In this document: in pieces, positions 9,245 to 17,657 of the stretch
Layout of the letters: each line of letters opens with the position of its first letter
Position numbering within the stretch: the first letter of the stretch is position 1
DNA from: Ktedonobacteraceae bacterium
GTDB taxonomy: Bacteria; Chloroflexota; Ktedonobacteria; Ktedonobacterales; Ktedonobacteraceae
Assembly (NCBI GenBank): GCA_035703945.1
Contig: DASSXK010000571.1
Span: 1 to 32,537, forward strand
Direction: 5' to 3'
Length of the DNA stretch: 32,537 bases
The notes under the pieces: model-generated
What the model saw: only the letters and a program-made list of their open reading frames with translations
Databases searched by the model: none
What the model was told of the DNA's origin: nothing
Made by a program: the position numbers and the translations under genes

Positions 9245-10273
9245 TTATGGCGTGGATGAAGTACTGGCCGGGATGCCATGCAACGCGGTTGCATTACGAA
9301 TAGCTTTAACTATCGCTCGCGCAAGTGTGGTGGCCGCCGCTGCCCCCAACTGGCTGATTTGGATTGCCCGCAAGGTCGAATCAGTCGTGGTTTCGGGTTG
9401 TTGGCCCAGTGCCAGCGCGAAGACTGTATCGCCATCGAACATGGTATGCACAGGCTGGATGGTCTGCGCCAGGCCGTTATGAGCCATTTGCGCGACTTTA
9501 CTGATGTCATCTTTGCGCAAACTGGCACTGGTCGCAATGACCGCGATAGTTGTGTTACTGAAGGGATTGGCAAAAAGATAGCCGGTGCCTGCGGGATTTC
9601 TTGCACCCGCAATGATCTGCTGTGTTTGGGGATCGATGATATCGCCCAGCGCATTGACAGCGACAATTGCACCGACAATCGTGCCATCCGCCAATCGCAT
9701 ACTGGCAGAGCCGAGTCCGCCTTTCATTGCGAATTCTGGACCGGCCATCTTGCCGACCGTTGCGCCGGTGCCGGCGCCGACCGTGCCCTGGGCGCTGGGA
9801 GTCTTTGTGGCCTGCTGACAGGCCCGATAGCCGGATTCGGCATCGGGACGGATGCTGGCTGAGCCAAAGCCAAGGTCAAACAGGGCCGCCGCCGGAACAA
9901 TCGGAACCCGTGCGACTCCGGCATCGTAGCCCTGACCTTGTTCTTCCAGATAGCGCATGACGCCACTGGCACTATCAAGTCCAAAGGCGCTGCCGCCGGT
10001 CAGCACAATTGCATTGACAACCTCGACCTGATGCATGGGGCGTAGCAGGTCTGTTTCGCGTGTCGCAGGCGCGCCACCGCGCACATCGACTCCCCCAACT
10101 GCCGGGTTATCGCAAAGAATGACTGTGCAACCTGTGCCGGCTTCCAGGTTGGTGTCGTGCCCAACCCGAATACCAGGGACATCGGTAATATCATCATGCA
10201 GGATAATGGGGCCTTTGGGGAGCGATTGCCCCTCGTTCGTTTGTGCTTGATTCTCCATTGTATCCCTCTTCAT
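9245..10273 (-). CDS. P1 family peptidase (DmpA/BapA-like, peptidase S58)
   Basis: The N-terminus ITDVPGIRVGHDTNLEAGTGCTVILC and segments GGAPATRETDLL, LTGGSAFGLD and NTTIAVIATSA are typical of L-aminopeptidase/D-esterase-type Ntn hydrolases. The start may be 10273 or 10258. Confidence 0.85.
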   Translation of the reverse strand: MKRDTMENQAQTNEGQSLPKGPIILHDDITDVPGIRVGHDTNLEAGTGCTVILCDNPAVGGVDVRGGAPATRETDLLRPMHQVEVVNAIVLTGGSAFGLDSASGVMRYLEEQGQGYDAGVARVPIVPAAALFDLGFGSASIRPDAESGYRACQQATKTPSAQGTVGAGTGATVGKMAGPEFAMKGGLGSASMRLADGTIVGAIVAVNALGDIIDPQTQQIIAGARNPAGTGYLFANPFSNTTIAVIATSASLRKDDISKVAQMAHNGLAQTIQPVHTMFDGDTVFALALGQQPETTTDSTLRAIQISQLGAAAATTLARAIVKAIRNATALHGIPASTSSTP

Positions 10274-10566
10274 CTTTTAAGAATGGTGGCCTTTTGCAGG
10301 CTGAAATAGTTTTTACTGAGAACTTCTCTAGCATAGATGTTTTGAGGGAATTCTTCAATATAGTAAGCAAGCTGCCAACTAAGGGATGTTCTATTTTAGA
10401 TTCATCTTTTTATTGTGATTAAAAAGTACAGATTTAGTAACCTTTTTGTGGTATTGTTTAGTAAGAACAACGCTTATTTATCTCATTGTGTCAGGTCGCG
10501 ACCCTCATTTATAAGTTGAGCTTGTTACACAGGTTTGTGCAAGGATTTTGTATTTCACGTTAGATT

Positions 10567-10597
10567 GAGAGCGCCGTTGGGAAGTGCCTTATAATAG
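10567..10597 (+). repeat. solo arm of the structured repeat family, gene-sense orientation upstream of the DinB-like gene
   Basis: GAGAGCGCCGTTGGGAAGTGCCTTATAATAG matches the reverse complement of 32385..32415 (GAGAGCGCCGTTGGGAAGTGTCTTGTAATGG) at 28 of 31 positions. It ends 20 nt before ATG 10618. Confidence 0.7.
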
Positions 10598-10617
10598 CAA
10601 GAGGAAAGAGAGAAATC

Positions 10618-11100
10618 ATGAACGCAAAAGATATCTTAAAATATGGGCAAGGCACCGTCATGCAAACAGTGGAAGGTTTTCCAGTTAAAGAGGCAGAGAA
10701 GCCCGGTGCGTGCGGGGTCTGGTCGGTTCGAGACATTATCGCGCACCTGGCCTCATACGAACTGGTGCTGCTCGATATTGCGAACACCTTTGTCGAGGGA
10801 AGTGGGATTGCCACGCCTATGCTGGATAGCTATGTGGCTCCAGGTGGCAACTTTAATGACGACGAAGTGCATAAGCGGCAAGGGAAGTCTCTACAGGAAG
10901 CACTGGCTGAGCTTAATGAAAACTATGCCCGCGTGCAGGCCGTTGTAGAGAAGATTACACCAGCCCAGTTTCAGCAGGTGGGGACGCTGCCCTGGTACGG
11001 CACAGCTTACTCATTAGACGATTTGATTGTCTACATGTACTACGGACATAAGCGTGAACACAGTGCTCAGATCGCAGCCTTTCACGATCTTGTGCGCTAA
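10618..11100 (+). CDS. DinB family protein (DinB_2-like four-helix bundle)
   Basis: Size is 160 aa. His-containing motifs WSVRDIIAHLASYE and YGHKREHSAQI are typical of the DinB/YfiT superfamily. AGAGGAAAGAGAG lies upstream of the ATG. Confidence 0.8.
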   Translation: MNAKDILKYGQGTVMQTVEGFPVKEAEKPGACGVWSVRDIIAHLASYELVLLDIANTFVEGSGIATPMLDSYVAPGGNFNDDEVHKRQGKSLQEALAELNENYARVQAVVEKITPAQFQQVGTLPWYGTAYSLDDLIVYMYYGHKREHSAQIAAFHDLVR

Positions 11101-11118
11101 GGATTGAGCTGAGAGAAT

Positions 11119-11164
11119 AAAAAGAAGCGGGCGAGGGTATTTTGACCGTCCCGCTTCTTTTGAG
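11119..11164. terminator. bidirectional intrinsic terminator between the convergent DinB-like gene and rpe
   Basis: AAAAAGAAGCGGG (stem 11123..11131) pairs with CCCGCTTCT (11150..11158), then TTTTG follows. A-run and T-run flanks would let it work in both directions. Confidence 0.6.
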
Positions 11165-11170
11165 TGTGCT

Positions 11171-11830
11171 TTATTTAATAGCTTGTCTCAGGCGGGCAAT
11201 TGAGGCGGCGACGCTCTCCGTCTGATTGTAGACGGCGGAGCCTGCGACGAGCAGATTTGCGCCCGCCTGGACGGCCCGCGCGACCGTCCCCTCGTGGATG
11301 CCGCCATCGACCTCCAGATCGCAGTGCAGTCCCGATTGCTGGATATGCTGACGCAGCGTTGCCAGCTTGGGCATTGTTTCCGCGATAAAATCCTGACCAC
11401 CAAAGCCGGGATTGACCGTCATCACCAGAACCATATCCAGCAGCGGCAGGACCTCGTGCAGCATAAAGCCGGGCGTCGAGGGATTGAGCGCGACGGCAGC
11501 CTTTTTGCCGGTGGCCTTGATCTGCTGAATTACACGATGCAGGTGGGGACAGACCTCCTGGTGTACAATAATGATGTCCGCGCCAGCTTTGGCGAAGGTC
11601 TCGATATACTGTTCAGGGTTGGTGATCATCAGGTGCGTTTCGAGGGGTAGGCTGGTATTGCGACGCACAGCCTCAACAATCATCGGACCCATCGTAATAT
11701 TCGGCACAAAATGACCATCCATCACATCAATTTGAATGCGTTGCGCTCCCCCGGCCTCGGCCTCTTTGACCTGCTCGCCCAGGCGCGAAAAATCCGCCGA
11801 AAGGATTGAAGGAACGATACCGACTGTCAT
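11171..11830 (-). CDS. rpe: ribulose-phosphate 3-epimerase
   Basis: PSILSADF, IDVMDGHFVPN, MTVNPGFGGQ and VDGGI motifs. GGAGG lies 6 nt upstream of the ATG. Confidence 0.93.
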   Translation of the reverse strand: MTVGIVPSILSADFSRLGEQVKEAEAGGAQRIQIDVMDGHFVPNITMGPMIVEAVRRNTSLPLETHLMITNPEQYIETFAKAGADIIIVHQEVCPHLHRVIQQIKATGKKAAVALNPSTPGFMLHEVLPLLDMVLVMTVNPGFGGQDFIAETMPKLATLRQHIQQSGLHCDLEVDGGIHEGTVARAVQAGANLLVAGSAVYNQTESVAASIARLRQAIK

Positions 11831-11855
11831 AACTGACCTCCAGAGAAATAGGATC

Positions 11856-11872
11856 GGGCGGTAGGGCCGCCC
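11856..11872 (-). other. GC hairpin in the pgl-rpe spacer
   Basis: Minus strand: GGGCGG CCCTA CCGCCC, followed by GATCCTATTTCTCT and then the rpe SD. It could be an mRNA stabiliser or a weak attenuator. Confidence 0.35.
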
Positions 11873-11897
11873 AATTGTTCAATAGATGTGCCGGAAC

Positions 11898-12635
11898 TTA
11901 GCCGCGCTTCTGAAGGTTGCTGGCCGCAGCCGTATCCAACATCCAGATCACTTCGCCATTGTCTGGATGCACATTCTGAGCGGGATATTCCTCAGGTTTG
12001 CGCTCGCCTTCGATGACCTCGTGGATCGCCTCAGCTTTATCGGCCCCCGTCACCATAAACAGAATGTTGTGGGCTGCATTGAGCAGAGGCAGGGTAAATG
12101 TCAGGCGTTCTGGAGGCGGCTTGGGGACATTGACCTCACTTACCAGTCGCTCAGACTCATGCAGTGAAGGCTGATGGGGGAAGAGGGAGGCTGTGTGAGC
12201 CTCGGGTCCCATGCCCAACTGGATCAGATCAAAGGCCGGGATACCCTCCGTTTTAAAGACCTGGCGCATCTCATCCGTGTAGGATTGGCAGGCCGCCGCT
12301 CGATTGGGCAGATCGGCAGGCATGCGATGAATCTGAGTGGCTGGGATCGGGACTTTGGTGAGCAGAGCCTCTTTCGCGAGGCGGTAGTTGCTATCTTTAT
12401 CGGCGGGCGAGACACAGCGTTCATCGCTCCAGAAGATCTCGACGGCATTCCAGTTGATCTGGCTGCGATAGGGCTCCTGGGTTAGCAGAGAGTACATCGT
12501 ACCTGGAGTTGTTCCGCCGGACAGAGCGAAGGTAAAACGCTGATGATCGGCAATCGCGGCCTGGGCGATCTGCACCACCAGCTTTGCGGCCTCGTGGCTT
12601 AAAACAAGTTTATCATCGAAGATTTGTAAACGCAT
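11898..12635 (-). CDS. pgl: 6-phosphogluconolactonase
   Basis: The DevB/Pgl pattern FTFALSGGTTPG...WSDERCV...GMGPEAHTASLFP is present. ATG 12635 has AGGAG 7 nt upstream. The TTG extension to 12695 would run through a terminator-like hairpin. Confidence 0.9.
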   Translation of the reverse strand: MRLQIFDDKLVLSHEAAKLVVQIAQAAIADHQRFTFALSGGTTPGTMYSLLTQEPYRSQINWNAVEIFWSDERCVSPADKDSNYRLAKEALLTKVPIPATQIHRMPADLPNRAAACQSYTDEMRQVFKTEGIPAFDLIQLGMGPEAHTASLFPHQPSLHESERLVSEVNVPKPPPERLTFTLPLLNAAHNILFMVTGADKAEAIHEVIEGERKPEEYPAQNVHPDNGEVIWMLDTAAASNLQKRG

Positions 12636-12652
12636 GCGTTGCTCCTGCAAAC

Positions 12653-12716
12653 GGGCAAAAACCGAAAAACAGCCAGCCAAAGGACTACATAACAAGCAGG
12701 CACTTTAAACTGGCTG
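12653..12716 (-). terminator. intrinsic-terminator-like hairpin between opcA and pgl
   Basis: On the minus strand CAGCCAG (12716..12710) pairs with CTGGCTG (12676..12670), with an inner AAAG/CTTT pairing. TTTTTCGGTTTTTGCC follows immediately. Confidence 0.45.
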
Positions 12717-12763
12717 AAAGGAATGCCACGAATGAACAATTGATAGTTCCATTAATTATCTGA

Positions 12764-13975
12764 TTAAAGCAGACCCTCAACCTGATGTACGGCCTCTTCA
12801 AAGAGCTGATCGTGGCCCAGGATCTCCAGTTCGTCGTGAAGGAGCCGGCTCTCCTTATAGATTGTCATATTCACTGTGCGCACCGGGCGAGGACCTTCGG
12901 GCAAAATCACGGACGTTACCACATGTTCGGGATCATCTTTGCGGCTGATACTAAACATCCCCTTCTTGCCCTGAATATGACTGCTTGCATTAATCAAGCA
13001 GAGGGTGCCGGGAGCCATATCGGCGTGAACGCGTGGTGTGATCGTGATTTTGATGGAGTCGCCATCAGCCAGTGAACCAGCCTGGGGCAGCCGCTCTAAC
13101 TGCCAGTGATAGATTCCATTGGCGGAATCGCTCAGTGGGTAAGGATGAGAAGTATCGATCGTCCAGCCAAGGGTTCTTTTCATCCACCCTACCAACAAAA
13201 GAGCGTTAGTGGGATTCAGCAAAGTCTCTGTCACGCCATCCTGAGAAATGGAGTTGGTCGCGTATTCGATCTCAATATTATCCAGGCCTTCAAGATAGGG
13301 TCGAAGTTCGCTGGAATCGAAGAACTGAGCGATCAACTCGCGCCAGGCAGTTAAACGGCCCCAATTTAGATCGCTGATCGCGCAATTGGGTAAGGCATCC
13401 ATCAATTCAACAACGCTATGGATGTCTTCTTCCGAGCTAAAGAAGCGATCGGAATCCACAATCACGCGATTACTGAGTCGGACCAGATCGTGGAAACCCT
13501 GGCGGCCACTGGGGAGATCGCCCAGCCACCAGAGGTAGACGGGGAGATCGGGTTTGAGCAGAGGACGCAGAATCTGTTCAGTGGCGGAAATCGCCTTACC
13601 AGTGATGTGCAACGTAATCTGCTCAAAGCAATGGCGCATAACATCAGAAATGACGGGGAAGCAGCGTAACGTTGCCCATGAAGAAACGCTAGATGTTGGG
13701 TCGTTGCTATCAAAAATAATGATAGTAACGCGGGCAAGATGCGTATTAGACAGGTCGCGAAGCTGAGCATTGGCCCATTGCGCGGTCTGAATATCGGGTG
13801 TACAGATAACCAGATTGAGAACACTCGTGCGCACATTAAGATTCTGCGCGGTACGCATATTGTTGGCAGACATCCGCCATAACCGTACAAGTTGTGTTTC
13901 AACCTCCTCTAGGCGAACAGGTTTGCCTGCCCAGGGAATCTGAATCCCCTGGGTTGTAGCCTTGTCATTTGTCAT
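12764..13975 (-). CDS. opcA: glucose-6-phosphate dehydrogenase assembly/effector protein OpcA
   Basis: The gene sits immediately downstream of zwf. Its size and segments such as VYLWWLGDLP and RLTAWRELIAQFFD resemble OpcA of Actinobacteria and Cyanobacteria. The call rests on synteny plus remembered family features. Confidence 0.75.
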   Translation of the reverse strand: MTNDKATTQGIQIPWAGKPVRLEEVETQLVRLWRMSANNMRTAQNLNVRTSVLNLVICTPDIQTAQWANAQLRDLSNTHLARVTIIIFDSNDPTSSVSSWATLRCFPVISDVMRHCFEQITLHITGKAISATEQILRPLLKPDLPVYLWWLGDLPSGRQGFHDLVRLSNRVIVDSDRFFSSEEDIHSVVELMDALPNCAISDLNWGRLTAWRELIAQFFDSSELRPYLEGLDNIEIEYATNSISQDGVTETLLNPTNALLLVGWMKRTLGWTIDTSHPYPLSDSANGIYHWQLERLPQAGSLADGDSIKITITPRVHADMAPGTLCLINASSHIQGKKGMFSISRKDDPEHVVTSVILPEGPRPVRTVNMTIYKESRLLHDELEILGHDQLFEEAVHQVEGLL

Positions 13976-14030
13976 AGCTGAATCCCCTGACTAGTTTGAA
14001 CGGCGTTGTTCTAACATCTAGGCTTCTATA

Positions 14031-15581
14031 TTAAGGTCTGCGCCACCTGCGGCCATCGCGCCACATGAACTCATCTGCGATCTGTGGGCCCCAGGAGCCG
14101 GATTCATACGAAAGGATCGTCTCGCTGGGTTGCTGTTTCCACTCATCAAGAATTCCCTGAACGAAGGTCCAGGCAGCCTCGACTTCATCGCGGCGGGTGA
14201 ACAAGGTGGAATCGCCGAGCATACAATCAAGAATCAAACGTTCGTAGGCTTCTGGCTGCTGACGAACGAAAGATGATCCATACAAGAAATCCATGTTAAC
14301 GGCGCGAATCTGCATATCGGTGCCAGGAACTTTAGCGCCGAACTTGAGAGAGATTCCCTCGTCTGGTTGGATGCGCAATACCAGCACGTTTGGTTCTACC
14401 TGCCCATGGGTCTCGCTGCGTTTGAAGATCATCAGCGGAGCCTGTTTGAACTGGATTGCAATCTCAGTCAAACGTTTGGGGAGGTGTTTGCCGGTGCGCA
14501 GGTAGAATGGAACGCCAGCCCAGCGCCAGTTGTCGATGAATGTTTTGATGGCGACATAGGTATCGGTCGTTGAAACGGGCGAAACGCCGGGTTCGTCCGT
14601 ATAGCCGACGACCTGATGCCCATTGACCCAGCCAGCGCCATACTGTCCACGAATTGTATTTGTCGTGACATCGCGGCCGGTCAAAGGTTGCAAGGCGTGC
14701 AGCACCTTCACTTTTTCATCGCGGACCGAGTCGGCATCGAAAGCGATCGGGGGCTCCATTGCGACCAGGGTCATTAACTGGAGCATATGATTCTGGATCA
14801 TATCCCTGATCGCGCCCGATTCCTCGTAATAGCCACCTCGACCTTCCAGGCCAATATTTTCGGCAACCGTGATCTGGACATGATCGACATAGCGGCGGTT
14901 CCAGACAGGCTCAAAAATGCCATTTGCCAGGCGGAAGACCAGGATATTCTGGACAGTCTCTTTACCGAGGTAGTGGTCGATACGATAGACCTGCTCCTCG
15001 CGGAAGACCTTCAGGACCTGGCGGTTCAGCTCGCGGGCGGATTGTAGATCGTGACCGAAAGGCTTTTCGATAATGATACGGGTCCAGCCCTTGCGGTTCC
15101 TGTTCAGACCGGCTGCGCCTAGATGTTGGATGATCTCAGGATACTGGCTGGGCGGTGTGGACAGATAAAAAATGCGGTTGCCGCTTGTGCCGCGTTCCTG
15201 GTCAAGCTGGGTGAGAAGCTCGCCGAGCTTGTCATAACCAGCGGGATCATTAAAATCGGATTGCAAGTAGTGGATGCCCGAAGAGAAACTTTCCCAGACC
15301 TGCGGATTGACCGGTTTCTGGCGAGAGAACTCATTGACGGACTCCAAAGCCTGCTGGCGGAAGATCTCATCGTTGTAGGGTCGTCTCGCGAATCCTACGA
15401 CTGAGAAACCCGCCGGAAGTGGATGCTCAAGCGCCAAATTATATAGCGCCGGGAGCAGTTTGCGATGTGTCAGATCTCCGGTGGCACCGAAGATCACCAT
15501 GACACATGGCTCAAGACTGTTTTTAATGCGTAGCCCCTCGCGAAGGGGATTAGTCGCCTCGACTGCGCTACGTTGAGGCAT
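14031..15581 (-). CDS. zwf: glucose-6-phosphate 1-dehydrogenase
   Basis: GATGDLTHRKL dinucleotide motif, the RIDHYLGKE active-site motif and EKPFG. GGAGA lies 6 nt upstream of the ATG. Confidence 0.95.
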   Translation of the reverse strand: MPQRSAVEATNPLREGLRIKNSLEPCVMVIFGATGDLTHRKLLPALYNLALEHPLPAGFSVVGFARRPYNDEIFRQQALESVNEFSRQKPVNPQVWESFSSGIHYLQSDFNDPAGYDKLGELLTQLDQERGTSGNRIFYLSTPPSQYPEIIQHLGAAGLNRNRKGWTRIIIEKPFGHDLQSARELNRQVLKVFREEQVYRIDHYLGKETVQNILVFRLANGIFEPVWNRRYVDHVQITVAENIGLEGRGGYYEESGAIRDMIQNHMLQLMTLVAMEPPIAFDADSVRDEKVKVLHALQPLTGRDVTTNTIRGQYGAGWVNGHQVVGYTDEPGVSPVSTTDTYVAIKTFIDNWRWAGVPFYLRTGKHLPKRLTEIAIQFKQAPLMIFKRSETHGQVEPNVLVLRIQPDEGISLKFGAKVPGTDMQIRAVNMDFLYGSSFVRQQPEAYERLILDCMLGDSTLFTRRDEVEAAWTFVQGILDEWKQQPSETILSYESGSWGPQIADEFMWRDGRRWRRP

Positions 15582-15621
15582 TGTAACTCTCCTAGTGTGG
15601 TGTTAATACTTGATTTGAATA

Positions 15622-15649
15622 ATTATGATTTAACGGCCTGCCCACGCAA
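15622..15649 (-). promoter_or_regulatory. candidate internal promoter for zwf-opcA-pgl-rpe
   Basis: Minus strand: TTGCGT (15649..15644), a 16-nt spacer, then CATAAT (15627..15622). It lies about 40 nt upstream of the zwf ATG. Motif match only. Confidence 0.35.
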
Positions 15650-15834
15650 CTCTGTATGTAGAATGGCAATGACCTTGGCCGTGTAAGATACTCATAGGTG
15701 CAGGGTACATCGGTATCGACGGTCTGTTGAATGGCCTAAGGGTCCTCACCAGGGTCATCGACATATCCACGAATTTTCTCAAGGACGGACCGGCTTTCAA
15801 AAATTTGAAGCCTACACCGTAGACTTGTAGCATA

Positions 15835-15898
15835 CCATTACAAGGCAATTCCCAACGGCGCTCAGGCGCGTTCACTCAGTGAATTGAATGGCTTGCCA
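15835..15898 (-). repeat. 64-nt internal-deletion variant of the structured repeat family (pgi-zwf spacer)
   Basis: CCATTACAAGGCAATTCCCAACGGCGCTC + GCGCGTTCACTCAGTGAATTGAATGGCTTGCCA aligns with the two ends of 32385..32533. The central roughly 85 nt is absent. Confidence 0.75.
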
Positions 15899-15956
15899 TA
15901 TTCGAGGCCTGTTTGGGCCATGAATAAGCTCCCTGATTGTATTGTAAATTTTGTTG

Positions 15957-17657
15957 TCAATACATGAAATTGAGTGCCAGTTCAATTGCCTGTAGACCCT
16001 GGGCGACATTGCCCAGGATATGGATACGAATAAAGCGGCGTTGATGACTGTCCAATGCGAACAGATCACCAAGGGCTTGCGTATTCTTCAGGATGCCAAA
16101 TGTATAGCTTTCGTCAGGGATCAAGGCATCCTGCTGGAGATCGCCAGTGATCTGAATAAAAACGCCATTGTTGGGTCCACCTTTATGTAACTGTCCAGTG
16201 GAATGCAGGAAACGAGGGCCAAAGCCCAGGGTGGTTGCTACCTGGTATTTGTCCCGCAGTTTTATGCGGAAGGCTTGTAGCGCGGCATGGCTGGCTGCTG
16301 CATCCTCGACATAGGCCATAATCGCGATATAATCGCCCGCCTGTACCTGGTCCAGGAACAGGTGCAAATACTGCGTCAGGTCGGGGTCAGAGCCCAGTTC
16401 CTTGCCATAGATATGAAGATTGGCTGTCGTGGCCAAGGGATGTGGCTCGGTCAGGTGTCCATCATTCAGGTACTGGGCCAGGATACGCTTTGTGTTATTC
16501 TTGCTCTCCTCGACATTTGGCTCATCGAATGGATTGATCTTCAGGAAGTAACCAATAATCGCCGTTGCGAATTCCCAGCGGAAAAATTCCTGGCCGAGAT
16601 CATAGCGATCATTCAGCTCGATAGAGATAACAGGCTGCCCGGCATCCTGTAAGCTCTTGATGGTATCGTCTAGGTCCTCGTTGACCCCATCTTTGAGTCT
16701 GAGATATACAAACAGGCGATCCTTGCCGTAGACGGCGGGTACGCCAGGGCGTTCTCCCGTGACGGGAACCAGTCCTTGCCCCTCTTTGCCTGTACTCTCT
16801 GCGATCAGTTGTTCAACCCAGTAGCCAAACGTGCGTATTTCTGGTGAGACTAAAAACGTGACCTTATCGCGGCCCTGCTTGTAGAGCGTGGCCAGGGACG
16901 CACCCAGCCAGAGGCCAGGATTCTCCCCATCAACGACTTCGGCCCGGCAGGCCCACATCATCTCCTGCGCGCGCGAAAGCAGCTTTTCTGTATCTATACC
17001 GATCAATGCGCCTGGAACCACTCCAAAGAAGGAGAGGGCCGAATAACGACCGCCAATATCGGCAGGATTGGTGAACAGAGAGCGGAAATGCTGCTCGCGG
17101 GACAAGATCTCCAGCGGCGTGCCAGGATCGGTGATAACGATGAAATGCTCGCCTGCTTGTTCTCCCTTGAGCCGGGAGAGCTTGTGATAGAAGTATTTGT
17201 AATGTGCCAGTGTTTCGAGTGTGTCGCCCGATTTTGAGGCAACGATGAAAATAGTCTTCAGCAGGTCTATCTTTTGCTCAAGGGTGTGAATTGTATCCAC
17301 ATCGGTTGAATCCAACACAAAGAGCTTTAGATAGCCGGGGGCTGTTGGGAAGGTGCTACGCAGCACTTCGGGGCAGAGGCTACTCCCACCCATCCCAAGT
17401 AAGATAGCGGTGGTGTAGCCCTGCTGGCGTACCTCGTCAACGAAATCGGTGATCTTGCTGCGCTTCTCCTGCATCAGATGAGCGACAAACAGCCAACCCA
17501 GGCGATTTTTGATGGTTTCCTGGACGGCGGCCTCTTTTTTCCAGAGGGAGGCGTCGCGGTCCCATACTCGTTGGGCAACTTGCTGCTGCTGCAAGGTTTC
17601 CAGAGCGCTTTTAAAAGCACTCTGGAAGGTCTCAGACCCGTTGAACGTCGTCGCCAT
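15957..17657 (-). CDS. pgi: glucose-6-phosphate isomerase
   Basis: SIS-domain motifs LLGMGGSSLCPEV and VASKSGDTLET, plus GGRYSALS. The ATG overlaps the tal stop (TAATG). Confidence 0.9.
   Translation of the reverse strand: MATTFNGSETFQSAFKSALETLQQQQVAQRVWDRDASLWKKEAAVQETIKNRLGWLFVAHLMQEKRSKITDFVDEVRQQGYTTAILLGMGGSSLCPEVLRSTFPTAPGYLKLFVLDSTDVDTIHTLEQKIDLLKTIFIVASKSGDTLETLAHYKYFYHKLSRLKGEQAGEHFIVITDPGTPLEILSREQHFRSLFTNPADIGGRYSALSFFGVVPGALIGIDTEKLLSRAQEMMWACRAEVVDGENPGLWLGASLATLYKQGRDKVTFLVSPEIRTFGYWVEQLIAESTGKEGQGLVPVTGERPGVPAVYGKDRLFVYLRLKDGVNEDLDDTIKSLQDAGQPVISIELNDRYDLGQEFFRWEFATAIIGYFLKINPFDEPNVEESKNNTKRILAQYLNDGHLTEPHPLATTANLHIYGKELGSDPDLTQYLHLFLDQVQAGDYIAIMAYVEDAAASHAALQAFRIKLRDKYQVATTLGFGPRFLHSTGQLHKGGPNNGVFIQITGDLQQDALIPDESYTFGILKNTQALGDLFALDSHQRRFIRIHILGNVAQGLQAIELALNFMY

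Noticed and set aside
8845-9294. A 149-aa minus-strand ORF opposite the tail-anchored hypothetical gene.
   Set aside because: It overlaps the 3' end of the P1 peptidase gene in another frame, and its composition is arbitrary (S/R/G-rich). The plus-strand ORF has an SD and a clean C-terminal TM helix.
10432-10464. Direct 8-nt repeat TTTAGTAA twice, 24 nt apart, in the AT-rich peptidase/DinB spacer.
   Set aside because: It is short and lies in a very AT-rich region, where such matches are expected by chance. There is no supporting symmetry.
15630-15875. An 81-aa minus-strand ORF filling much of the pgi-zwf spacer.
   Set aside because: Its GTG start lies inside the repeat element and it has no SD. 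The translation has no motif or TM/signal features, and its end overlaps the promoter-like motif for zwf. A small protein cannot be excluded without conservation or Ribo-seq data.
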